64,000 bases of DNA from Patescibacteria group bacterium. Lineage in GTDB: Bacteria > Patescibacteriota > Patescibacteriia > Patescibacteriales > UBA12465. The notes beneath the pieces are model-generated. The model was not told the origin of the DNA and did no database searches. It saw nothing but the letters and a program-made list of their open reading frames with translations. How positions within the stretch are numbered: position 1 is the stretch's first letter; each line of letters opens with the position of its first letter. Positions 55,528-64,000 of the stretch are shown piece by piece. The stretch lies in contig JBAZBP010000001.1 in the NCBI GenBank assembly GCA_041671365.1, positions 325,518 through 389,517 on the forward strand, read 5' to 3'. Made by a program: the position numbers and the translations under genes.

Positions 55528-58090
55528 TTTTTTAGTTTCAGTAATCATACCGACGATAAATTCCTCAAAAAAACTTGAGGAATGTTTGGAATCTATAAAA
55601 AAGCAAAGTTACAATCTTATTGAGGTAATTGTTGTTATACCCAAAGAGGATGCTGAATTTAATCTATTGTCTAAAAAATATAATTTTAATTTGATCTATT
55701 GTGATCAGGGGAAAAATGCTTCCCGTAACAAGGGGGCGGAAAATTCACACGGAGATTACTTATTGCATATAGATGACGACATGAGGCTTTCGAAAGATGT
55801 TATTTTAGAGTGTATAGATTTGGCTTCAAAGGAAAATTATAAAGCAGTAGTTATCCCAGAAACAGAAGAAAGATTACGTAGCTTTTATAATAAAATAAGA
55901 ATTTTAGAAAAATTTGTTGCTTCTTATGATATTTATATAGTTTCGCCACGCTTTGTAAAGAAAGATATTTTTAATCAATTTGGGAAAATTGATGTGAGGC
56001 TGGACCCTATAGATGAAGGAGATATGAAAATAAAGTTAGTAGAAATGGGAATATCTTACGGAACAACGAAAGCTATTATTTATATTTCAAGTGAAAACAG
56101 ACAATCATCTTTAATAAGTCGTTGGTCACATATGTATGATAGAGGTAAAAAAATGCCTTTATTCAACTTTTTACATCCAACATCCAACCAACTTAGGCCA
56201 TTCAAAAGAATTGATCCTTATATACAAAAATTTAAAATAATATTCAAAAGACCCGCAGTTGGACTTTCTCTTATTTTTATAAAAATGGTCGATTTAGTAT
56301 TTTTGTATATAGGGGCATTAAATATTTCTAATGAAGATAAAAAGATTATTGCCCGTTTAAAAAATATAAGTATTTTTGAAAATGAAGCCGGAACATATCA
56401 AAAAGATTTTTTTGAGAATACGCTTGGCGCAAGATATGTAGATAAAAAAGAAAAAGGGATAGTTGAAAAATACTTAAAAGATGTTGATAAAAATTCTTAT
56501 ATTAATATTCTTGATATTGGTCCGGGTGGAGGTCGTTGGAGTGAATTAATGCTTGACTATTTCCCAAATTCCGAAGTATTTGCTTGTGATCTATCAAAAG
56601 GAATGATAAAAGATCTTGAACAAAAATTTAGAGATGAACCTCGATTACATGTGGCAGTGGGAGATATGCAGAATTTACCTTATGAAGATAGTTTTTTTGA
56701 TTTAATTATAAGTATTCGTGCTATTAAATACGCAACTGATCAGAAAAAAGTTTTTCAAGAGATTTCTCGTGTCTTAAAATTCGGAGGAAAATCTATTGTT
56801 GAGCTTCCATATTTTAATTTTATTTACAGGTTGATTAAGAAAATTAAATTATTTGGTAAATTAAGCGAATATGCTAATAGGATTAATTTACTTAGCAAAT
56901 CCGAGATTACTAAAATGTTAAGGGCTAGTAATTTTTTAATCAATAATTTCGAAGTTGAATTTTCGATACCAGCCACTTTTTATAAAAAAATAAAAAATAG
57001 ATTTGTTTTAAAGTTAATTAATATAATCAATTATTTATTACCTAAATCTATTTTAGGAAGAAGTAATTTTATTTCACTAACAAGTGATGGTTCTAATGTG
57101 TTTAATGGCAATATAATTGGAACGATTTCAATCATACTGGTAAATTATAATGGTAAGAAATGGTTGAATAAATGTCTTGATTCTTTATATAATCAAACAT
57201 ATAAAGATTTTGAGATTATTTTTGTTGATAATAATTCTGAAGATGACAGCATAAAATTTGTTGAGGAAAATTACCCTGCTATAAGAATCATAAAAAGTGA
57301 TAAAAATTTAGGATTTGCGGGGGGTAACAATCTCGGAATTAATAATTCTAAAGGAGATTATATTCTTCTTTTGAATTCAGATACTTGGTTGGACGGAAAT
57401 TTTTTAGAAAAAATAAAAGATGAGTTTGAAATAAATGATTTAAACGTACTTTCACCTGTTGAGGTCGATTACAATGGTCAATATTTAAACAATTCAATCT
57501 TTAGAACAATTGATATCTTTGGGCATACATATTTTAATAACAATAATAAAAAAAGTTTTTACCTTCAGGGAATTTGTTTATTTTTTAAAAAAAGTTTTTA
57601 TCTAAGTACTTGTGGGCTAGATAATAATTTTTTTATGTATTCTGAGGAAACAGACTGGTTTTGGCGACTTAATTTGCTTAATAAAAAATTTGGGGTCGTG
57701 AAAAATATATATGTCAATCATAGTGGTGCCGGTTCTTCCGGACAGGGAATTAAATATCTTGTATTTTTATGGCGAAACCAAAACACTCTACAAATGCTTT
57801 TTAAAAATTATAAATTTTATAACTTATTATGGATATTACCGATCTATTTCATTCAAAATATTATTGAAATATTATTTTTTCTTTTGATATTTAAACCAAA
57901 GATTTCATTGTCTTATATTCAAGGATGGTGGTTTAATATAAAGAATATTAAAAAGATTTTCAAAAAAAGAAAATGGGTACAAGAAAATAGGCTTAAGTCT
58001 GATTTACAAATAATGAGGAAAATGTATATTGGATCGGGTAAATTAGTCCATCTTATTGGATATTTTTCTAAAAATAATAAGATAATATGA
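55517..58090 (+). CDS. tri-domain fusion: GT2 - class I SAM methyltransferase - GT2
   Basis: N-terminal VSVIIPTINSSKKLEECLESIKKQSY...HIDDD.
Central ILDIGPGGGRW...ACDLSKGMI...FDLIISIRAIKY...LKFGGKSIV.
C-terminal ISIILVNYNGKKWL...IIFVDNNSEDDS...GFAGGNNLG. Confidence 0.85.
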   Translation: MNDNFLVSVIIPTINSSKKLEECLESIKKQSYNLIEVIVVIPKEDAEFNLLSKKYNFNLIYCDQGKNASRNKGAENSHGDYLLHIDDDMRLSKDVILECIDLASKENYKAVVIPETEERLRSFYNKIRILEKFVASYDIYIVSPRFVKKDIFNQFGKIDVRLDPIDEGDMKIKLVEMGISYGTTKAIIYISSENRQSSLISRWSHMYDRGKKMPLFNFLHPTSNQLRPFKRIDPYIQKFKIIFKRPAVGLSLIFIKMVDLVFLYIGALNISNEDKKIIARLKNISIFENEAGTYQKDFFENTLGARYVDKKEKGIVEKYLKDVDKNSYINILDIGPGGGRWSELMLDYFPNSEVFACDLSKGMIKDLEQKFRDEPRLHVAVGDMQNLPYEDSFFDLIISIRAIKYATDQKKVFQEISRVLKFGGKSIVELPYFNFIYRLIKKIKLFGKLSEYANRINLLSKSEITKMLRASNFLINNFEVEFSIPATFYKKIKNRFVLKLINIINYLLPKSILGRSNFISLTSDGSNVFNGNIIGTISIILVNYNGKKWLNKCLDSLYNQTYKDFEIIFVDNNSEDDSIKFVEENYPAIRIIKSDKNLGFAGGNNLGINNSKGDYILLLNSDTWLDGNFLEKIKDEFEINDLNVLSPVEVDYNGQYLNNSIFRTIDIFGHTYFNNNNKKSFYLQGICLFFKKSFYLSTCGLDNNFFMYSEETDWFWRLNLLNKKFGVVKNIYVNHSGAGSSGQGIKYLVFLWRNQNTLQMLFKNYKFYNLLWILPIYFIQNIIEILFFLLIFKPKISLSYIQGWWFNIKNIKKIFKKRKWVQENRLKSDLQIMRKMYIGSGKLVHLIGYFSKNNKII

Positions 58091-58716
58091 ATAAATATAA
58101 AACAAAAAATATTCCTAACAACCATTTCTATTCAACAAAAAATATAATATTTAGAGAACTTGGTTGTGGAAATACCGTTCTTGATATTGGATGTAATGAT
58201 GGGTATTACGGGAAATTTGACAAAAATAATATATACTATGGGATTGATTATTCAAATGAGGTTCTCAAAGAAGCCAGGGGATATTATAAAGAAGTGCTAT
58301 TTTATAATCTGGATAATTTGCGAAAATTACCTTGGAATATTAAATTTGATATAATAATCCTGGCGGACGTATTGGAACATGTTTTAGAGCCCGGCGAGGT
58401 ACTCGATTTTTTTGTTAAAAATTACTTGGAGGATAACGGAAAAGTAATAATATCTTTGCCAAACATAGCTAATTGGCAAATTAGACTTAATTTATTGTTT
58501 GGAAAATTTGATTACACAGAGACTGGAATAATGGATAAGACTCATTTGCATTTATATACATTCAAGAGTGCCAAATTGTTGGTTTCTAATAACAATTTAT
58601 TGGCAGTTAAAGTTTTGGAAGGTGCTTCAATCCTTGGTTCAATTATAAAAATAATTCCATTTTTAAAATACCTTCTTGCTACTAATATAATCATAATTGG
58701 AAGAAAAATAAAATGA
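58087..58716 (+). CDS. class I SAM-dependent methyltransferase
   Basis: VLDIGCNDGYYG, IILADVLEHV and GKVIISLPN. Confidence 0.8.
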   Translation: MNKYKTKNIPNNHFYSTKNIIFRELGCGNTVLDIGCNDGYYGKFDKNNIYYGIDYSNEVLKEARGYYKEVLFYNLDNLRKLPWNIKFDIIILADVLEHVLEPGEVLDFFVKNYLEDNGKVIISLPNIANWQIRLNLLFGKFDYTETGIMDKTHLHLYTFKSAKLLVSNNNLLAVKVLEGASILGSIIKIIPFLKYLLATNIIIIGRKIK

Positions 58717-60890
58717 TTATATTTCTTAAAAAATATAAATATTTACTATTCTTAATCATAATTGCTTTCGTTAGCCATTTGCAGTGGTTTAATCCGTTTT
58801 CTATTTTAAATTCTTCCGATTGGACTTATTGGCCAGACGAAGCTGTTAAGCAGCTATATAACTCTTATGGTGCGTGGATTAATTTCTTTAATCTTGGTTC
58901 AGTAAATATTCAGATACCTTTTAATTTTTTCAATTCAATCTGGTCATTGATTACTAATCTGTGTTTTTCTTATGATTTCTCGACTAAAATAACCTTTTTG
59001 ATACCGATTGCTATTTTGGGGTTTATTTCTCCCTATATTTTGTTTAAAAAATTAACAAAAAATGAATTTATTTCTTTCATCACGGCCTTATTTTATGGAA
59101 CGACAACGCATTTCTTACTTCGACAAACAGCACATATGCCAATCGCTTTCGTTTATGCATTAGCACCTTTAATATTTTATTGTTTTGTTGACGCATTAAA
59201 AAAAAACAAATTCGTAAATTGGTTAATTTTTATTCTAATATTTTTTGTCGGGATATGTTATGAAATAAGGATAATGTACATAATATGTTTTATACTATTT
59301 TTCTATTTTCTATTTTTTCATCTTAAAGAAATAAAAAAATATTTTAAGATGGTGTTTTTACCAATAATTTTATTTATTTTTTTGAATTTATTTTGGCTTT
59401 TACCTGTTTTTTTTGGTGGATTTGTTACTAATATTCAAGAAGTGGCTAACAGGGGTCTCTTTGGGAATTTTTTACATGATTTAAGAAATTCTTTTACACT
59501 TTCTGAATCTCTTTGGACCGGTGGCCTTCCTAATAATCAATTTGTAAAACAACCAGTAATTTGGTATTTTTGGTTTCTTCCGATAATTGTTTTTTGTGGT
59601 TTTTTATTTAAAAAAGATAGCAAATACAAAAAAGAAATTTTATTATTCGGATTAATCTCTTTAATTGGAATATTTTTAACCAAACAGTCTGCAGAACCGC
59701 TACCCGGTACTTATTTATGGCTGTATAATAATTTCCCCGGCTTTAACTTATTTAGGGAATCTTATAAATTTTATTTGATTATTGCCATTGGATACGCAGG
59801 ATTATTAGCATATACACTGCTTTTATTAAAAGAAAATAAAAATAAAATTTTAAATAAATATATATTTTATATTTTTTCAATTGTCATAGTTTTTATTGCT
59901 ATCTTTAATGTTAAACCTTTAATAACAGGTGAGGTAAGAACTATGTTTATTTCTAAACATATTCCTCAAGATTATTTTGTCTTGAAGGGTTTTGTGTTAA
60001 ACCAAACAGAATATTTTAGAACGATGTGGATCCCAAGAGATTCCCATTGGGGTATCTATACTAATCAAAAGCCTAAAATTAATGATATAAACACAGTTCA
60101 AGGAGATTGGAAAAATTTTGTTGATTATCAAGGGCATAGTAATAAATGGTTGGTTCAGGAACAAATTTTGGATGTATTAAGAAAAGATTTTTCTAATCAA
60201 TTATTTAATGTTTCTTCCATAAAATATGTAATTGTTCCTCTGCAAGACAAGGCTAATGATGATGATTTTTTTATTAAATATGGCGGTGATAAAAATATAA
60301 ATATCCGTCAGTGGTATATCGATCAGCTTAATAAAATAAAATGGTTACATAAAATTAATATCGATACCAAAGATTTAGTCGTTTATGAAAATCAAAATTA
60401 TCGGCCCCATTTGTATTTGACTAAGCAGTTGGAAACTATTTATAAAGATCTATCTTTTACCGCGATTGACTGGCAGTTTAAGAATCCCACGAAATATACA
60501 ATTAAGTTAAATAATATTTCTCAACCGGTCTTCCTAAATTTTTCGGAAGCTTATCACCCAAATTGGAAATTACGCCTCGGAAAGATTAACTGGTTTTCTG
60601 TCTTGTTGGATAAAAATTATTTTATCCCCGACAGCGACCATTTTAAGAATGATGCGACGCTTAATTCTTTTTATTTAGATCTGGCGCAAATTTGTGTCGG
60701 AAATAAATGTGAGAGAAATAGTGATGGCTCTTATAATTTAGAATTAACTCTTTACTTCCAACCCCAATCCTATTTCTACTTAGGTTTAATTATTTCCGGC
60801 ACGACCTTAGTGGGATGTTTGGGATATTTGGGGTGGGATTTTGTAAAAAGGAGAAAGAAGAAAAAAGAGGAATCTGAGAACATCGGATAA
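58713..60890 (+). CDS. polytopic membrane protein with YfhO-like/GT-C architecture (putative polyprenol-P-sugar dependent glycosyltransferase)
   Basis: About 12 N-terminal TM helices, a soluble domain of about 300 aa, one C-terminal TM helix and a basic tail. The assignment is based on architecture only. Confidence 0.5.
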   Translation: MIIFLKKYKYLLFLIIIAFVSHLQWFNPFSILNSSDWTYWPDEAVKQLYNSYGAWINFFNLGSVNIQIPFNFFNSIWSLITNLCFSYDFSTKITFLIPIAILGFISPYILFKKLTKNEFISFITALFYGTTTHFLLRQTAHMPIAFVYALAPLIFYCFVDALKKNKFVNWLIFILIFFVGICYEIRIMYIICFILFFYFLFFHLKEIKKYFKMVFLPIILFIFLNLFWLLPVFFGGFVTNIQEVANRGLFGNFLHDLRNSFTLSESLWTGGLPNNQFVKQPVIWYFWFLPIIVFCGFLFKKDSKYKKEILLFGLISLIGIFLTKQSAEPLPGTYLWLYNNFPGFNLFRESYKFYLIIAIGYAGLLAYTLLLLKENKNKILNKYIFYIFSIVIVFIAIFNVKPLITGEVRTMFISKHIPQDYFVLKGFVLNQTEYFRTMWIPRDSHWGIYTNQKPKINDINTVQGDWKNFVDYQGHSNKWLVQEQILDVLRKDFSNQLFNVSSIKYVIVPLQDKANDDDFFIKYGGDKNINIRQWYIDQLNKIKWLHKINIDTKDLVVYENQNYRPHLYLTKQLETIYKDLSFTAIDWQFKNPTKYTIKLNNISQPVFLNFSEAYHPNWKLRLGKINWFSVLLDKNYFIPDSDHFKNDATLNSFYLDLAQICVGNKCERNSDGSYNLELTLYFQPQSYFYLGLIISGTTLVGCLGYLGWDFVKRRKKKKEESENIG

Positions 60891-60899
60891 ACCAATAAC

Positions 60900-62609
60900 A
60901 TGAACCTAATAAATAAATTAAAACCTAAAAATTTATCAGCCTCATTTTGGGGTTATGCCTTAGTTATTTTGGCGATTATCGCTCCCTGGTTTTTAAAGCC
61001 TGGTTATTTATTTATGACCGATATGGTTTGGGGACCGAAAATTAACCTTGATTGGACCGGTTCCTGGTTTTTATTTAATTTACTGGTTAAAAGTTTATCT
61101 TTTATTTTTCCCATAGATTTTCTGGAGAAAATATTTATTAGCGGCGTCCTTATTTTAATTTTGCTGGGCGGTAGTTTATTGACCAAAACGATTTTAGAAT
61201 TTGACGAGGTCGAAATGGCTGTTCCGGCCGCTCCAGCCCGCGGTCTGGTCTTTATTCTTAGCTTATTCGCCCTATTTAATCCTTTTGTTTATGACCGGGC
61301 GCTTTATGGCCAATTCGGGGTCATTCTTTCCTATGGCTGTTTATTATTTGTGGCCGCTTATCTCCTGCGGGTTTACCGGAATTTAGATTTTAAAAGTCTT
61401 TATGCGGCGGCAATTTTTACGGCTCTCGCTTTATTATTTTCTGTTCATTTTATTTTTCTGCTCGCTCCTTTTTATATTTTATTTTTAGGCGCGCTATTCT
61501 TGAAACGACAAGAAATTAAAGCTGGCGGAAAAAGCAAAAAATTCTGGCTCGCTTTGTTTTTTTCTTTCCTTATAGTTTTAATTATAAACGCTAATTGGCT
61601 GTTAGCTATCGCCGTTAAAGCTTCGCCTCTGGCTACTTTCGTTCAGCAGGGAATTACCGCCCAGGATCTGGCTGCTTTCCAGACGGCCGGCAAAACTCCG
61701 CTTCAAACTTTTACTAACGTTCTTTTGATGAGCGGTTTTTGGGGGAAAGATCAATTTCGTTATTTTGATTTGACGACCGCGCCGAATTGGCAATTCAGTT
61801 TTATTTTTCTGGCGCCCGTAATTTTTTATGGAGTTTATTTAAGTTTTAGGCGTCGGAGCCGGCGGGAAAAAATTATGAGTGCCGTCCTATTAGTAATTTT
61901 TAGTTTAGCGGTTTATCTCGCCGTAGGCATTAAATCTCCGTTGACCGGCGGCTTGACGATATTTTTATATAATTACTTGCCTTTATATAAAGGATTGCGC
62001 GAGCCGCAAAAATGGGTCGCGGTCATTATCCCGATTTATTTATTTTATTTGACTCTTGGCACTCGCCGTTTAAAAGACAGTAAGCTTATTTCTAAAAATA
62101 TTCCGGTCAGTGCGTTTATTTTTTCGGCCGTTATAATTATGGCGGCGCCGTCTTTGTTCTGGAGTTTTAACCGCCAGGCCGTGCCCACGCCTTATCCGCA
62201 AGACTGGTACTCTGTAAATCAATTACTTCTTAATCGTTCCGCTCAGTCTTATGGTTGTAATGATAGAATTTTATTTTTACCCTGGCATATGTATATGAGT
62301 TTTAATTGGGTCGGGAAGATAATCGCTAATCCCGCTTCGACTTTTTTTAGTTGTCCGGTTTTAAGCGGAACGAATATGGAGTGGGGCGGAATCTATGATA
62401 ATAGCCGGAGCGTTGACGGCGCGGCCGTTTCCGCCTGGCTCGCGGCGCAAGGGAAGAGCGGTTCTCCGGTTTTGTCGGTAACACCTATTCGTTATATTAT
62501 TTTAGCGAAAGAACTGGATTTCCGTTCTTATCTTTGGATTAATAATTTATCCTATATTCGGCCTCTTTTAGAAACGCCGACATTACTGGTTTATGAAATT
62601 AAACCTTAA
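60900..62609 (+). CDS. polytopic membrane protein (GT-C-like, function unknown)
   Basis: Many TM helices followed by a soluble C-terminal region. Lies within a glycan cluster. Confidence 0.45.
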   Translation: MNLINKLKPKNLSASFWGYALVILAIIAPWFLKPGYLFMTDMVWGPKINLDWTGSWFLFNLLVKSLSFIFPIDFLEKIFISGVLILILLGGSLLTKTILEFDEVEMAVPAAPARGLVFILSLFALFNPFVYDRALYGQFGVILSYGCLLFVAAYLLRVYRNLDFKSLYAAAIFTALALLFSVHFIFLLAPFYILFLGALFLKRQEIKAGGKSKKFWLALFFSFLIVLIINANWLLAIAVKASPLATFVQQGITAQDLAAFQTAGKTPLQTFTNVLLMSGFWGKDQFRYFDLTTAPNWQFSFIFLAPVIFYGVYLSFRRRSRREKIMSAVLLVIFSLAVYLAVGIKSPLTGGLTIFLYNYLPLYKGLREPQKWVAVIIPIYLFYLTLGTRRLKDSKLISKNIPVSAFIFSAVIIMAAPSLFWSFNRQAVPTPYPQDWYSVNQLLLNRSAQSYGCNDRILFLPWHMYMSFNWVGKIIANPASTFFSCPVLSGTNMEWGGIYDNSRSVDGAAVSAWLAAQGKSGSPVLSVTPIRYIILAKELDFRSYLWINNLSYIRPLLETPTLLVYEIKP

Positions 62610-63900
62610 ACAATTATTGAGTGATAAGTTTGTGCGGGGAACCTTTTGGCTGACGGCGGTCAGTTTTATTGGTTCAGTTTTTAATTATCTGGTCCATCCG
62701 ATTTTGACTCGCCATCTGGCCATTGCCGAATATGGTGATTTCCAGGCGATTTTATCTTTTATGACGATAGTTGGCGTTATTAGCACTGTAGTTTCTACGA
62801 CTTTGACTAAAAAAATATCCTCCTTGGCCGCCGAACACCCGGAAGAAATTGATGCCTTGCGTCGTCGGGCTTCTTTTAGATTGTTTTTTGTCGGTTTGAC
62901 CGCTTTCGTTTTAATTGTTATTTTTTCCAGCCCTTTGAATAGTTTGTTGAAAATCAGTGAACCGGCAGTTTTAATTATTTCTTCTTTGAGCTTGCTTTAT
63001 GTTTTTCCCTTAATCGTTAATCGCGCGACTCTAACCGGTTTGCAGGTTTTTTCCGCTTTATCTCTGAGCAGCTTGCTTGATGCCGCCAGTCGTTTGTTGC
63101 TGACTGTCGTCTTTGTAGCAATTTTTCCTTGGGGACTTCTAGGCGCCTCATATTCTTTGGCTCTCGCCGGCCTGGCCGCCTTTTTAATTATTTTTTGGCA
63201 AATTAAAAAATTAAAATTAACTCCGGCGTCCGCCGATTATAAACCTTCACTCCGGATAATGTGGCGTTATGCTTTATTAGTATTATGGTTTACGGCTCTT
63301 TACCAATTTTTTTATAACTTCGATATGCTGTTCGTCAAATCCTTTTTTAGTCCGGAAGAAGCCGGATTGTATGGCGCCTTGCTCACTATCGGTCGGATAA
63401 TTTACTTTATCGGCGGCTCTGTTCCGTTGGTGATGTTTCCGGTTTTGGCCGGCTTAAAAGATGATCAGGGTAATCGCCGCCATGCCATCCTGGGAAAGTC
63501 TCTGCTTTTGATGTCCGGCTTAACTGTTCCGACCTATCTCGTTATCGCTCTTTTCCCTGAATTTGTAATTAAAATAATTGTCGGAGTTAAATATTTGAGC
63601 CTGGTTATTTATTTGCCGAGTTTCGCTCTGGTTATTCTTCTCCTGACTATCTTAACGGTTTTGTCCCAATATTTCTTGGCTCTGGCCAAGCGGCGCGGGC
63701 TCGTCGTTTTGTCGTTCGCCGCTTTACTAGAAATTATTTTGTTGATATTGTGGCATGATAATATTTGGGAAATTATCCATTCGTTGACTGTAGTTTTCGG
63801 CGGCGCGTCATTAGCTTTAATTATTTTATTTATGTTTGACTTACGCCCGTCTCGAAAAATAATTAAGAATTCTGCGGTCGAAGGAATTAATATTTTATGA
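62593..63900 (+). CDS. MOP-superfamily oligosaccharide flippase (Wzx-like)
   Basis: About 12-14 TM helices. The N-terminus FVRGTFWLTAVSFIGSVFNYLVHPILTRHLAIAEYGDF is typical of flippases. Confidence 0.7.
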   Translation: MKLNLKQLLSDKFVRGTFWLTAVSFIGSVFNYLVHPILTRHLAIAEYGDFQAILSFMTIVGVISTVVSTTLTKKISSLAAEHPEEIDALRRRASFRLFFVGLTAFVLIVIFSSPLNSLLKISEPAVLIISSLSLLYVFPLIVNRATLTGLQVFSALSLSSLLDAASRLLLTVVFVAIFPWGLLGASYSLALAGLAAFLIIFWQIKKLKLTPASADYKPSLRIMWRYALLVLWFTALYQFFYNFDMLFVKSFFSPEEAGLYGALLTIGRIIYFIGGSVPLVMFPVLAGLKDDQGNRRHAILGKSLLLMSGLTVPTYLVIALFPEFVIKIIVGVKYLSLVIYLPSFALVILLLTILTVLSQYFLALAKRRGLVVLSFAALLEIILLILWHDNIWEIIHSLTVVFGGASLALIILFMFDLRPSRKIIKNSAVEGINIL

Positions 63901-64000
63901 AAGAAAAAATTGATCTTAAAATTTTACAAGAGGAACTGAATTCGCGAATAAGGGAATTTTATCCTTATTTCTTAGGCTTCTATCTTTTATCTCTTATTGT
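63897..64000 (+). CDS. hypothetical protein, 3'-truncated by the window edge
   Basis: ATGA start/stop overlap with the flippase gene. MKEKIDLKILQEELNSRIREFYPYFLGFYLLSLI... Confidence 0.3.
   Translation, partial: MKEKIDLKILQEELNSRIREFYPYFLGFYLLSLI

Overview
AT-rich bacterial chromosome segment. The gene content is consistent with, but does not prove, a small-genome Patescibacteria/CPR-like lineage: giant LTD/LamG surface proteins, many membrane-anchored orphan ORFs and several glycan-assembly clusters. All calls come from reading the sequence and from remembered family motifs; no database search was run. Stop-codon usage looks standard, with TAA, TAG and TGA all ending clear genes.

Housekeeping genes:
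- RNA genes: rnpB (RNase P RNA), tRNA-Leu(CAA) and tRNA-Gln(CUG).
- Protein genes: mnmA, parA-parB, dnaE, a SEDS protein (FtsW/RodA), L25/Ctc, greA, lysS and cfa.
- The conserved rpmE-prfA-prmC set lies on the minus strand.

Three cell-envelope glycan clusters: 5491-9258, 26928-32208 and 53354-63900. The third contains a visibly lower-GC block at about 54320-60400.

Most notable observations:
1. dnaE is interrupted by a single in-frame TAG exactly at the conserved Tyr of the KAHYPxEFMAA motif.
2. A GC-rich, hairpin-dense segment of about 130 nt sits just downstream of tRNA-Gln. It is bracketed by an inverted and a direct copy of that tRNA's own 3' portion.
3. A pair of diverged direct repeats of about 75 nt, with a compensatory hairpin, flank that segment plus a Nudix gene and a RelE/Phd-type toxin-antitoxin (TA) pair. 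No integrase is present.
4. A 101-nt nested GC-rich hairpin or MITE-like element lies upstream of a 1317-aa secreted multidomain protein, which itself carries a perfect 3 x 42-bp coding repeat.
5. A co-directional orphan ORF cluster (42983-47482) is dominated by a 558-aa coiled-coil protein.

No CRISPR array, rRNA, transposase or integrase was seen.
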